From the NCBI RefSeq assembly GCF_001194135.2, contig NC_068983.1, positions 66,519,634-66,583,633 of the forward strand: a stretch of 64,000 bases of DNA. Direction: 5' to 3'. Every line of letters begins with the position of its first letter. Within the stretch, counting starts at the first letter, position 1. The DNA comes from Octopus bimaculoides (Eukaryota). The notes below the pieces were generated by a model. It was not told the DNA's origin. It ran no database searches and worked only from the letters and a program-made list of their open reading frames with translations. Shown here in pieces: positions 1-11,954 of this stretch. Both the position numbers and the translations under genes were made by a program.

Positions 1-244
1 ACACCATTTCGAGCGTGGCTGTTGCCAGTATCGCCTGACTGGCCTTCGTGCGGGTGACACGTAAAAGCACCTACTACACTCTCTGAGTGGTTGGCGTTAG
101 GAAGGGTATCCAGCTGTAGAAACTCTGCCAAATTTAGATTGGAGCCTGGTGTTGCCATCCGGTTTCACCAGTTCTCAGTCAAATCGTCCAATCCATGCTA
201 GCATGGAAAGCGGACGTTAAACGATGATGATGATGATGATGATG
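1..244 (+). mobile_element. RTE-tailed SINE / RTE LINE 3' end with (GAT)n tail (5' part outside window)
   Basis: Motif aaaagcacc-actacactctctgagtggttggcgttaggaaggg-atccagctgtagaaa...ccatgctagcatggaaagcggacgttaa then (GAT)n; near-identical copy at 50394-50685 and many degraded copies in the window. Confidence 0.85.
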
Positions 245-713
245 TATGTACATATACATATATGTATATACATTTATGCATGAAACTTGTTACCAATTCA
301 AATATACTTGTGGTATATTTGAACCTGTAACAAAACCATTCACTGTATTTTGTCATGGAGAAATTTTCTTGCTGTGGACAGATAGGTATAAACACACCTA
401 GTCAGTTTGGAGCACCCTCTAACCAAACAGAGGGGGCATGCATTTCAGAGTGGAAATCTCTTCTTGGAAAGAGGAATGCCACATCTGAGAAGAGAATGAT
501 ATCTCTTATTACATTCCCATCATTGTACTGTGACTGGTTACACTAAGTGATGGCTTACCATAAATAGAATATGGAATAGAAGTGCTAAGTAGAGATGCGC
601 ATAAATATAAACTTGTTCAAATATGTTTGGGGCATATTTGAACCCATAAGAAAGCCATTCATTGTATTTTGTCATGGAGAAAACACACACACCGCACATG
701 CACATACACACAC

Positions 714-754
<41 letters not shown>

Positions 755-2609
755 CACACATACATATGTATATATATATATTTATATGCATATGTGTGTG
801 TGTAAATGTATATATGTATTATGTTGTTATGCTTGTACTTGTAGAAATAAAGATATTTATAGTCTACAACAATATCCAGCTTTATAGTTTTCTTTAGTAT
901 AATAACAAATTGTCATGAAATGAAACACCTTTATTATATATTTTTTGTCTATTAATTTAGACACATTGCAGCAAATTAATGTTGTGTATGCGAACAATAT
1001 GATGATTTTTGCAAGATTTGAACTAATAGCCTTTCATTTAGCTGTTAAGGACCATAATCTCTCAATTGTGTTTTTTGTGAAAGGAAACATTTGAAACATT
1101 ACTGCTTGGTGTACAGATACTTATTTATCTCTTCTGTCTCTGATACTGAATTTTGAGTTATTAACCATAGATATATGTGAATATCTATATACATAGGAGT
1201 ATATATGTAACTTAGATGTATTTGTATTTTGTTATAACACTGTAAATGACTATAACCACAGAAATACCCATAAAAGTATTGTTTGATGATTCAGCCTTCC
1301 TATAACTATCAGATACATTGCTATTAAACTCGCACATTTATATAAACCATCGCCTGATGAATGACATTTTAATAGGTGTTCAATTCTTTGCAATCATAAG
1401 AATAACAACAATGTGAGCTTTGCTATCAACATTGGATTACACCGATATTTTATTATAAAGCTATTGGTAAACAAAAGAACATATTGGAAGAATTGTCATT
1501 ATATTCATTGTTACTTTTTATGGAATATAGTTTAAATAGGTAGGTAGGTACTCACACATATTTAACGTGTTTGTAATTTATTATTTATAAGGACAATTTC
1601 TTTATCAAACTATCTGTATATGTGTATACAGTGTATGTTGAGTGAAGTAGCATTTTCACTGGGGAAAATGAAGTAAGCTGAAATCCTGGTTCTTTTTTTT
1701 TTTTATGTTAGGACTGCTGCTATCTTGTGACAGCCTTTTGCATTACATTTCAAACATATTGATGGCAATCAGTTACAGAAATGTTTTAAATGTACAGAAA
1801 GTTTTCAATATTTTTCACATCTGACAATAAAATTTTTGCTTGTTCAAAATATGCCATTTGTTTAGTTAATACTCTTGGTCAAATAAATTTTGAACTGTTT
1901 GTTACTTGATGGTATTGTTGACTTATTTGCTTGATACCTGACAAGCAAAAAATTTTCAAATGAACTTTTAACTACAATGCTTACACACCATTAATGGTGT
2001 GAAAAATGTTATATTGAACAATGAGATTAATATGAACAAATCCAGGAGAGCTGGAAGATCAATCAAGAATCTTTTAGTTACAGTGGTTGAGACTCAAAAG
2101 TTTTTTTTATTTTCAGTTACAGTTTATTGTTTTATTACCAACATATTTAACAATTATTAACATTTAAATCATAAATTTTAGCAATTTCAATTTTCTTTTC
2201 CGGTGAAACCTTGGGAAAAATTAAGGATAGACAAAAATATATATTCATGCATGCCTTAAATCAAAGAAATCAAATAATTATTCTGAAGAAAATGATACCA
2301 ACTTAGTATGACCTTCAAATTCACAGAACCTAAAACACATTTAGAGGACATTTACCATAATTTAAAGGGCAAATTAATGTATAAGAATTGCTAAATAATT
2401 AACACTCATAAATATTGGTAATATATAGACTTACCTGTTTTTTTACTAAATTTGGTAAAATTTACTTGGTCATTAAAAGAATGCTGAACATTAATATAAT
2501 GACATTTTAAGAATAATGAATTCTCCATCGTTTTAATGAAGAATATTCCAGTATTTAATCATCTGGCCTACTCACATTGAATTACAATGTAAGCAGCTGA
2601 GTATTCCAC

Positions 2610-2850
2610 AGACACAGGTACTGTTAAAATAATCTTCTTGCAGAGCCAGTGTGATACAGTGTATATGACAAAGCTGGCTCTTTGAATTACATGTACAGTC
2701 TATTTGGTAGATTTCCACCACAGTTTTTACTCCTTCAAGATTAGGGTCAATCCAAGGCTATAATGAAACACACTTGTCCAAAATGCCATACATGGAGCTG
2801 AAACCTGGGATTTCATGATTGTGATGCAGATTTCTCAACTGCTTGGCAAT
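2610..2850 (-). mobile_element. Degraded tRNA-derived SINE
   Basis: Reverse complement resembles SINE copies at 41437-41767 (aaagctggctctttgaattacatgtac) and 38293-38450 (tRNA-like head). Confidence 0.5.
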
Positions 2851-3584
2851 GCCAGTTCCCATATTTTTGAAATAATATTTTATAACCAACACTTTATTAT
2901 TACAACAAAGCTTTATATTTTATTTTTTTCAATATTTTTCTCTGTATATATTAAAAAGTTTGAAGTGGATAAAATAGTTTTGCTCTCAGCATAGACTAAG
3001 ATAAAACAATGATAGAGGTCTATTCATTTGAATATACTCATCAGCTAAACTCCTAATTTGCTGTTGCAGTTTCCTAAAAGTCTTGAGAGTATACTACAAA
3101 TTTCCTATTTCAAGACTAGTTCCTATATACTTAAGATGGTCAATTATATCTTGTTGGCATTCTATTTTGAAAGATGCTTTTGATCATAACCATCTTCAGT
3201 ATATTTTCATACTTTACTTTGCTTTTTCTAGTTTTAAAGTTTAGCTACTGTGCCAAGATTGCTTTTCTAAGAACCGACTAATTTTTACACAAGTGGATAT
3301 AGATTTAATTTTTATAAGATTATTGTAAATTGTAAGACTTCTATTTTCATATATTCTTGATCTCTCTTTCTCTCTCTCTCTCACTCTCCCTGTCTTGTTT
3401 TTCCTTTGAATAGGTAATCAAGTGTCTCCTTTACATCAGCACACCTGTTTCTGTCCCCTTTCTTGTACCCCTCTCTCTCTCTCTCTCTCTCTTCCTGTCA
3501 CTCTCTCTGCTAGCAATTCTGTCGTCTTGCTTCCTTAATTATAATAGTAATGAAAATTATGATCATAATTGTAATTTTTAACAA

Positions 3585-3770
3585 TGTTGGTACAAGGCCA
3601 GTAATTTAGAGACAGGATTAGCTGATTGCACTGACCCATGTATTAGTCTGGTATTTATTTTACTGAACCCTGAGGGACGAAAGGCAGAATCTGTCTTGGT
3701 GGGATTTGAATTTAGAATGCCACAATAAATACTATGAGGCATTTTGTTTGATGCTCTGGTGATTCGGCCT
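3585..3770 (-). mobile_element. Degraded SINE with central ccttTcatccttt-ggggtcgat-aaataagtaccag-type domain
   Basis: ctggtatttattttactgaaccctgagggacgaaaggcagaatc...gggatttgaattt; related pieces at 19255-19340, 46920-47035, 55920-56095. Confidence 0.6.
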
Positions 3771-4476
3771 TTTCCCCATTTCTGTTTTAGCTATTAAAAA
3801 TACAAGATAGAATATATAAATTTTCTTATCTCAACACTGACATTTCATTACTGAAAATATTGATTGTATTCCATGACCCTGAAAAGTAAACATGAACTTA
3901 GAAAAATTAATATTTGAATGTTTTTTGCTCACTGAAGTCTCTGTTAGAAAATATGGAAGCCAAAAACAAATGTACATTATTAAGAATAGTCTTTCTTTTA
4001 ATATTATTTCACAAAAATAGGTGTCCCCTTCTTTCTAGTGCATGTGTGTATCATTGTTTACATTTGTGTATGCTCTTATAGAAACATAAAACCTTACATT
4101 TCTTGAGAGGTAACATTTACTGGAATTTAATCAGTTACTGCAATATAACGGATTTAATTGTTTCTAAGAAATAATGTTCATGCCTTTTCAAAGAACTTGT
4201 ATGTATGTATGTATGCCTGTGTAAACGTATATATATATATATATATATATATGTTATAATGGAATAATTATTATGAAGCATTGTGTAGAGTATATTGTAT
4301 AAAGGATCGTGGGTAAGGCCAGAACAGTGCGAAGTAAATGCAAGGAAAATCACAAGAAAACAATTATATGAATTAATGTAGACTTATCTTGTATTCAATA
4401 TTTCAGGGTTATGACCCCATTTTCAAGAAATTAACGGCAACATTCATTAATTTCTTGAAAATGGGCCTTATATATA

Positions 4477-5734
4477 CAAGGGTTAGGACAAAATAATGGA
4501 AATACCTACCATCATGGCATCATAATTTTGAAATATATATAAAACCGTCAAAAGCTTGTTTATTTTTATGTTTTTTGATTTATTATTAGTGTTCCTTAAT
4601 ATGTCTTGCTAAATTTGCTGTTTCTTTTCAGATATCATCAGAGAAAGGTAATTAAAATTCATTAAAATGACAGATCTATTGGACTTTCAGAGAAGTCAAA
4701 TTGTTGGTACTTGTATGGCAGGCGCTAGCGTAATGAAAACAGCTGAAATGTCTGGTGTATCAAGAAGTACTGTCTTGAAAGTAATGACAGCTTTTTAAGA
4801 GAGAGGGAAAAGCCTCCTCGTCAAAACAAAACTTTGGAAGAAAGCCAAAACTTTTGGATAGGGACCATTAGACTCTTACAGGAATTGTTAGAAAGGATCA
4901 CAAAAGTACAGCTCTCAAAATTACTGCAGAGCGTAATGACCACCTCTAGAACCCAGTTTCCACGAAAACTGTTCATCGGGAGCTACACAAAGCCAGATTT
5001 CATAGGAGGGCTGCAATCAGAAAACCACTACTTTCAAAAACAAACGTTGCAAAGCATTTAGAGTGGACTAAAAACCTACAGAATTGGCCCCTAGAGCAGG
5101 GAAAGAATGTTGTTTTCTCAGATGTGTCATCCTTTACCTTATTTCCAACCACTGGCTGAGACAGCCAAAAGAAGCATTTGACCCAGACTGCATTCTTCCA
5201 ACTGCTAAACATGGAGGAGGATCTGTAATGATCTGGGAGGCTATATCTTGGAAATCTGCCTGCCAAAAGGTTTCCCTTCATGGCAGAATTAATAGTCAAG
5301 ACTAAGCATTTTATCTGGTCAAATTCTTCCTATGGTTGTGGAACTGTTTCTGGAGAGAAACACGATCTTTCAGGATGATAATGCACCAATTCACACAGCT
5401 AAAGTTGTTATTGAATTGCACGAGGAACATTCTAGTGAACTTGAACATCTTATCTGACCACCACAATCTCCAGATCTCAATATTATTGAACATTTATGGT
5501 GCATTTTCGAAAAACAAGTAAGGAGTCGATATCCTCCACCATCATCACTGCAAGAACTGGAGACTGTTTTAGCTGAAGAATGGACAAAAGTTCCTTTGGA
5601 AACAATTCAAACTTTCTATGAGTCCATTCCTCATAGAATTCAAGCTGTAATTACTGCCAAAGGCAGTCCTACCCAAGATTAAAATAAATTTGTTTGAGAT
5701 TTTAAGGCGTTTCCATTATTTTGTTTAACCCCTG
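4477..5734 (+). mobile_element. Tc1-family DNA transposon, about 1.26 kb, non-functional
   Basis: About 30-bp TIRs caagggttaggacaaaataatggaaatacct / rc caggggttaaacaaaataatggaaacgcct; TA at 4475-4476 and 5735-5736; encloses a broken transposase. Confidence 0.92.
4667..5682 (+). pseudogene. Tc1 DD34E transposase pseudogene
   Basis: MTDLLDFQRSQIVGTCMAGASVMKTAEMSGVSRSTV paired-like HTH; VVFSDVSSF, KHGGGSVMIW, FQDDNAPIH, SPDLNIIEHLW, ends AVITAKGSPTQD*; several stops and frameshifts. Confidence 0.9.
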
Positions 5735-5747
5735 TATGTATACATAC

Positions 5748-5791
<44 letters not shown>

Positions 5792-6437
5792 NNNNNNNNN
5801 NNNNNNNNNNNNNNNNNNNNNNNNNNNNNNNNNNNNNNNNNNNNNNNNNNNNNNNNNNNNNNNNNNNNNNNNNNNNNNNNNNNNNNNNNNNNNNNNNNNN
5901 NNNNNNNNNNNNNNNNNNNNNNNNNNNNNNNNNNNNNNNNNNNNNNNNNNNNNNNNNNNNNNNNNNNNNNNNNNNNNNNNNNNNNNNNNNNNNNNNNNNN
6001 NNNNNNNNNNNNNNNNNNNNNNNNNNNNNNNNNNNNNNNNNNNNNNNNNNNNNNNNNNNNNNNNNNNNNNNNNNNNNNNNNNNNNNNNNNNNNNNNNNNN
6101 NNNNNNNNNNNNNNNNNNNNNNNNNNNNNNNNNNNNNNNNNNNNNNNNNNNNNNNNNNNNNNNNNNNNNNNNNNNNNNNNNNNNNNNNNNNNNNNNNNNN
6201 NNNNNNNNNNNNNNNNNNNNNNNNNNNNNNNNNNNNNNNNNNNNNNNNNNNNNNNNNNNNNNNNNNNNNNNNNNNNNNNNNNNNNNNNNNNNNNNNNNNN
6301 NNNNNNNNNNNNNNNNNNNNNNNNNNNNNNNNNNNNNNNNNNNNNNNNNNNNNNNNNNNNNNNNNNNNNNNNNNNNNNNNNNNNNNNNNNNNNNNNNNNN
6401 NNNNNNNNNNNNNNNNNNNNNNNNNNNNNNNNNNNNN

Positions 6438-8570
6438 GCCAGAGGGGAAGCAGATAAGAAAAAATTTGCCAATGTTCTGCACCGTGAAGACCAAAGACAT
6501 GAGGTATTTCGTGTTGCAAGACAGTGTGTGAGAGAGAATGATGATGTCGTAGGAGAGAAATGTGTTCACATGGATGATGGTACACTTGCACTAAATGAGG
6601 CTGCAAAGAGAGAGGTTTGGAGATGCCACTATGAAAGGTTGCTCAATAAAGAGAATGAATGGGAGAAAGAGAGTCTGCTGTATGTCGACCCAACAGACGG
6701 ACCAGCTATCCGAGTTGACAGTGCCATGGTAGATAAAACAATTAAGAGTATGAAGACAGGGAAAGCTCCCGGCCCATCAGGAATCACTGAAGAGATGCTC
6801 AAACTATCTGGCAGTGTCAGCTATAGCCTAGTCACCCATATTGTTAACCAGGTGATACACGAAGAAGTCATACCCAATGACTGGTGTAGCAGCACTATAG
6901 TCAACTGCTACAAAGGTAAAAGTGACACTTTAGATCCAAATAATTAGAGAGGTATCAAGTTGTTGGATCAGGTAATGAAATTCACAGAGAGAGTCATAGC
7001 CCAACTAATTAGGGAGAGAGTCAGTTTAGATGAGATGCAGTTTGGGTTCATGCCAGGGAAAAGCACCACTGATGCTATATTTCTGGTAAGACAGCTGCAG
7101 GAGAAATACCTAGCCAAAGATAAACCTCTGTATCTGGCTTTCGTTGACATGGAGAAAGCCTTTGACAGGGTCACCCACTCCCTTATCTGGTGGTCAATGA
7201 GGAAACTAAGGATAGAAGAATGGATAGTGAGAGCTGTGCAAGCCATGTACAGAGACACTGTCAGTAAGGTGAGGGTTGGCAACGAGTACAATGAAGAATT
7301 TCAGGTAGAGGTAGAGGTCCACCAAGGTTCAGTCCTTAGCCCCCTCCTATTTATCATAGTCCTCCAGGCAATAACAGAGGAATTCAAGACAGGATGCCCC
7401 TGGGAGCTCCTCTATGCTGATGACTTTGCACTAGTTGCTGAGTCACTATCAGAACTAGAGAAGTTTCAGGTGTGGAAGCAAGGACTAGAATCGAAGGGTC
7501 TTAGAGTCAACCTAGCTAAAACCAAAGTCCTAATAAGTACGAAGGTAGATAAAACACAAACTCCTTCAGGTAGATGGCCCTTCTCGATCTGTAGAAAAGG
7601 TGTCGGTATAAACTCCATAAGATGTACCCAATGTAAGCTATGGACACATAAAAGATGCAGCAATATCATAGGAAGGCTAATTAGGAAGTTAGTTTTTGTA
7701 TGCGGCAGATGTTCAGGAGCAATAAATACTGAAAATGTGCAGAAAACAACTTCTGCTACATTCCAGGGAGACAAACTAGATGTAGTTGATAACTTCCGCT
7801 ATCTAGGTGACCAAGTTTGTAGTGGGAGAGGGTGCACTGAAAGTGTAGCTGCTAAAATAAGAATAACCTTGGCAAAGTTCAGAGAGCTCTTACCTCTGCT
7901 GGTGACAAAGGACCTCTCACTCAGAGTAAAAGGCAGACTGTATGATGCATGTGTACGAACAGCCATGCTACATGGCAGTGAAACATGAGCCATGACTGTT
8001 GAGAACATGCGTAAGCTCACAAGGAATGAAGCCAGTATACTCCAATGGATGAGCAATGTCAGTGTGCATACTTGACAGAGTGTAAATACCTTGAGAGAAA
8101 AGTTGGACCTAAGAAGCCTCAGTTGTAATGTGCAAGAGAGACAATTGCGCTGGAATGGTCATGTGACGAGAATGGATAAGGATAGCTGTGTGAAAAAGTG
8201 TCACACCCTAGCAGTTGAGGGAACCTGTGGAAGAGGTAAACCCAGGAAGACCTGGCATGAGGTGGTGAAGCACGACATTGAAACATTAGGCCTCACAGAG
8301 GCAATGACTTCTGACCGAGACCTTTGGAAATATGCTGTGCATGAGAAGACCTGGCAAGCCAAGTGAGACCATAATCCGAGGCCTCTGCCAGGGGTGTAGC
8401 CAGCCCACTTATGTGTACTTTTCCTTCATTGGACACTACACTCTGTTTGCGAAGACCTGTTAAGGAAAGTGAAATCGAAATCAAACCAAATTCGATGCCA
8501 ACCTCTCCTTCATTGGACACTAAACTCGGCTTACGAAGACCTGTTGGGGCAAGTGAAAGTGAAATCATAA
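6438..8570 (+). mobile_element. RTE-clade LINE (5' end lost in N gap), RT region plus 3' UTR
   Basis: Single frame 6438-8366 with motifs KAPGPSGI, YKGK, QFGFMPGKSTTDAIF, FVDMEKAFDRV, VHQGSVLSPLLF, ELLYADD, FRYLGD, GRGKPRKTW; in-frame stops at 6945, 7986 and 8073 and no frameshift. Confidence 0.95.
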
Positions 8571-8653
8571 TGGCACGTGTACCAGTGAACTGCTAAGAGC
8601 ACCGTCCGAGCGTGATCGTTGCCAGAGCAGCTGTCTGGCATGGGGGCCAGTTG

Positions 8654-8867
8654 TCGAATTTAGTTCGATTTCAATTTCACTTGCCTCAACAGGTCTTCGC
8701 AAGCAGAGTTTAGTGTCCAATGAAGGAAAGGTACGCAGAAGTGGGCTGGCTACATCCCTGGCAGAGGCCTTGGATTTTGGTCTCACTTGGCTTGCCGGGT
8801 CTTCTCATGCACAGCATATTTCCAAAGGTTTCAGTCAGAAATCATTGCCTCAGTGAGGCCTAATGTT
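8654..8867 (-). mobile_element. Second RTE 3' end, inverted relative to the first
   Basis: Reverse complement aligns over about 214 bp with 8282-8495. Confidence 0.9.
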
Positions 8868-8989
8868 CAGAGTCATTGTTGCAGAATTATAGAGGTGTTT
8901 AGCATATGTGGACAATGTTACCATAATAATGTTGGGCACTACAGAGGTTCAGGAGTTTAACAGTGTTCTGAAGGAATACAAGCTTGGGT

Positions 8990-9090
8990 AAGTCACTTGA
9001 TAGGCAAGACTGTGTCTGTAGCCAGTGGGCTGAACTTGAAACCATGTAACTGTGAAGTATAATTCTTCATTACACAACCATATCTGTGCC
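8990..9090 (-). mobile_element. Degraded tRNA-derived SINE head
   Basis: rc ggcacagatatggttgtgtaatgaagaatt...catggtttcaagttcagcccactg, similar to the head at 38293. Confidence 0.5.
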
Positions 9091-9252
9091 CATTATATTT
9101 GTAAAATAAAATTATTCTCTCCCAAGGTTTCATCTATTCTTATACACACCATTTATTGCTTTAATAAGTATCTCTGTTGTGACTATATATTATTTGTAGT
9201 TTCTTACTAATTGTCCATAAAATGATATTATTTGTGTTTCTTTTACTTTTAG

Positions 9253-9277
9253 GTAAGTCTTCTTGAATATGAAGCAG
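9253..9277 (+). other. Candidate 25-nt microexon / recursive splice site
   Basis: Branch-like ttactaat near 9204, pyrimidine tract tttgtgtttcttttacttttAG, then GTAAGTCTTCTTGAATATGAAGCAG and donor GTAAGTG. Confidence 0.5.
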
Positions 9278-11954
9278 GTAAGTGCTTTATTTTGTATCAA
9301 ACTGAAGAAACAGTATATTTGTACATTTTGAAAAGTTTAGTTGACATAAGATGCTTTTGCTTTTGCTCTGGTGTTCTGAGTTTTTTAAAAAATTCTCATG
9401 GGTTACTGAAAAATTTGCTTCATTTCCTTAAATTGTTTTAGAAACTAATATTTTAGTGTGCAATACATACACGTGGATGCTAGCATGTGTCACAAAATAA
9501 TATTTTGCATCTGATTTTAGTGTACTCTTACTAGTTTTACCAAGATGAAATACATATACCTGAAGATTTTCTTTCTGTATTAAAATTTTCAGATTTTCGT
9601 ATTTAATAAATTACCTTATTTCTGAAAGAATTGAAAGAAGAAGCAAATTAATATGAACAATTACCAATAGTATTCATATTTTGTTTGCCTTTATTAACTT
9701 TGCTTGAAGATTACTATGTATGAAAAAGGGATGTATCATAACTCATTTGTAATGTTATTACAAATATATTGTGATGTTTTATATATTTTATTATTTTACT
9801 TTATTTTATTACACTTCTCAGTACATTTCTTATTTTCTTGAATCAAAGAATTTTATTTTGATTTTCATGTATCTATCTGAGAAAGAGAATTATTATGATT
9901 GTAAAACAAGCATTCAAAGTTTAGTTTGAATTATAGATGTATGTTAATGAAGCATTTGAAATATAAATATAATCAAGAAATAGTTCCATCAGTATTATAT
10001 TCTGTGTAAAGAAATATTTTAGAAGTGTTTAGTTTGAGGTTTGCAGTGCAATTTATGGTTTAAATTATATGGGATGTAAATGACAGTGATTTAAGAAAGT
10101 TTTGCACTGACAAAATTAACAAGTGTAAATGTATAGAAAGCCATATTGTAATGGCAGCAAAAAGAGTGAATGTAGACACTGCTCAGAAGAGAAGTTGTGG
10201 CATTGAAGTATGGACAAATGTCAGTGCGTTTATCAGATTTCAATTTACCTGTTTGTGTATTGGGTGTACCATTCTGTATGTTTTTAGCAATGTTTTTATG
10301 CAGAGCAGGTATGCTCTTTGTAAAAGTGTTAGTTCCTTTTAAAAGCTGAAGTAATGTCTATTTTGTAAAAGAAATTCAATCTAAAAATGGTCATCAGAGA
10401 TTAACAATTTTATGGGACATAAACTTTTTATTCTATTGTTTATAAAGAAAGTAAATATATTATGAATGTTTCCTTGAAATTTATTTCAGTGTTTTTGTAC
10501 TTTTGAACATATTCAGTATTCAAATCCTATTGAAAATAGTCTGGATGGTTTCCATTCATAATTGACACAAGAGTTGATAACAATTGAAAGAACCATAAGT
10601 TTATTAAATGATGGGAACAAAGTTAATATAAATGGGATACATTTTAAAACAGACACCCTCTAACCCACATATTTCTTGTTTCAATTAAAATCATCTTTTT
10701 CTCAACCAAATGGAAATATAGAATCATTGAATTTCTACATAAGAGAGGAATAGAATGTATTAGAGCATGAGGATATAGGTGTGTCAGGAAAGGAATGCTA
10801 GCTGGTAGGTTTAGATTAATAATTCCAAGCAAGTAGTCAACTGGATTGAAAATTGTATAGAAGACACATGAGTCACAAACATTAGCTAATGTTTGTGATT
10901 GTGTGAAATTTTAAAGGATGACACATGCTAGATAAAGTGTTATGATTTGGTAACTAAAGATTTACAATGGACATTAATGCTAAAAGGATATTTGCAATAA
11001 ATTATATCAAACCTTAGAGCAAGATTCTTTAGCCTATTTTTTTGTCTAAGAGCAATTTGACAATTTCCAGTTTTGTGATTGACACCATTTATTCAAAAGA
11101 TAAATTTATATTCAAACTTTATGTGTCAGTAATAAAAGATTTTAGCATAATGTAAATTTGAAGGTCCAAAATCTCTAGTTTCATATCTTCTGTTCTTACT
11201 TAAATATGATAATGAATGCAGCTAAATCTGTTTGATTTATGTGACATGTAAAAAACAAAATGTGATCATTGTTTCCATAATAGAAGAAAATTGAAATCAC
11301 TTTTCAGACTTTGTGAAACATTTGAAGGTGGTTAATGAATAATGAGGGCTAAAGTCATTACTACTGGTCATTTTTTTGTTTTTTCTTATTTGGAAAATAT
11401 GCAAATTCAGCTTTAGATGGGAAATTCACCAAACATTTTGTTTGAAATTGCAAAGCAAATACAAATTCACAATACCACTGGCATAATGATTTTCCCAAGT
11501 TACAACAAAATTTTATGTATATATTATTAATATCATTATTATTTACTTTTAATCTGCATGTGTGTTACAATCACTTGCTGAGACACATTCAGCATCTTAG
11601 GGTGAGTGAAGGGTATTATTATTATTCAATTTTAGATTTGATTTATAGATCAATCATGTGGAACTGTGGTGACTGACTTATGATTCTTAACTGAACATCT
11701 TGCAGTTGGGGTTCGAATCTCTACAAATATCTTCTCCTCATGATTTGCAATGTAAGTGAAAAGAACAAAATAACATACATTATGCCAACACTAGTGTAAA
11801 AAGCATGTATTGAATACAGAATAAATGCTGAGATAAAATTCATGTAGGAATGATTAAGCAATAACTTTGTAAGATATGCAAATAGATTTGCAGATTTTTG
11901 TTTTTTTTGTTTTTAGCAACTGTAACAAGAAAATGTTGTTTTTTTTTTTTTTTG

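Noticed and set aside
5679-6606. Long ORFs spanning N runs (also near 32.7-34.5 kb, 38.3-38.9 kb, 49.3-51.9 kb and 52.7-53.0 kb)
   Set aside because: Artefacts of assembly gaps and dinucleotide repeats (poly-[13 protein letters not shown]).
8880-8985. LAYVDNVTII, resembling an L1/Tx1 RT YADD motif
   Set aside because: Too short and degenerate to call as a feature.
11700-11725. B-box GGTTCGAATC suggesting a tRNA or SINE (also 14890-14911)
   Set aside because: No cloverleaf; the two copies flank Gypsy coding remnants as direct repeats, so they are better read as LTR ends.
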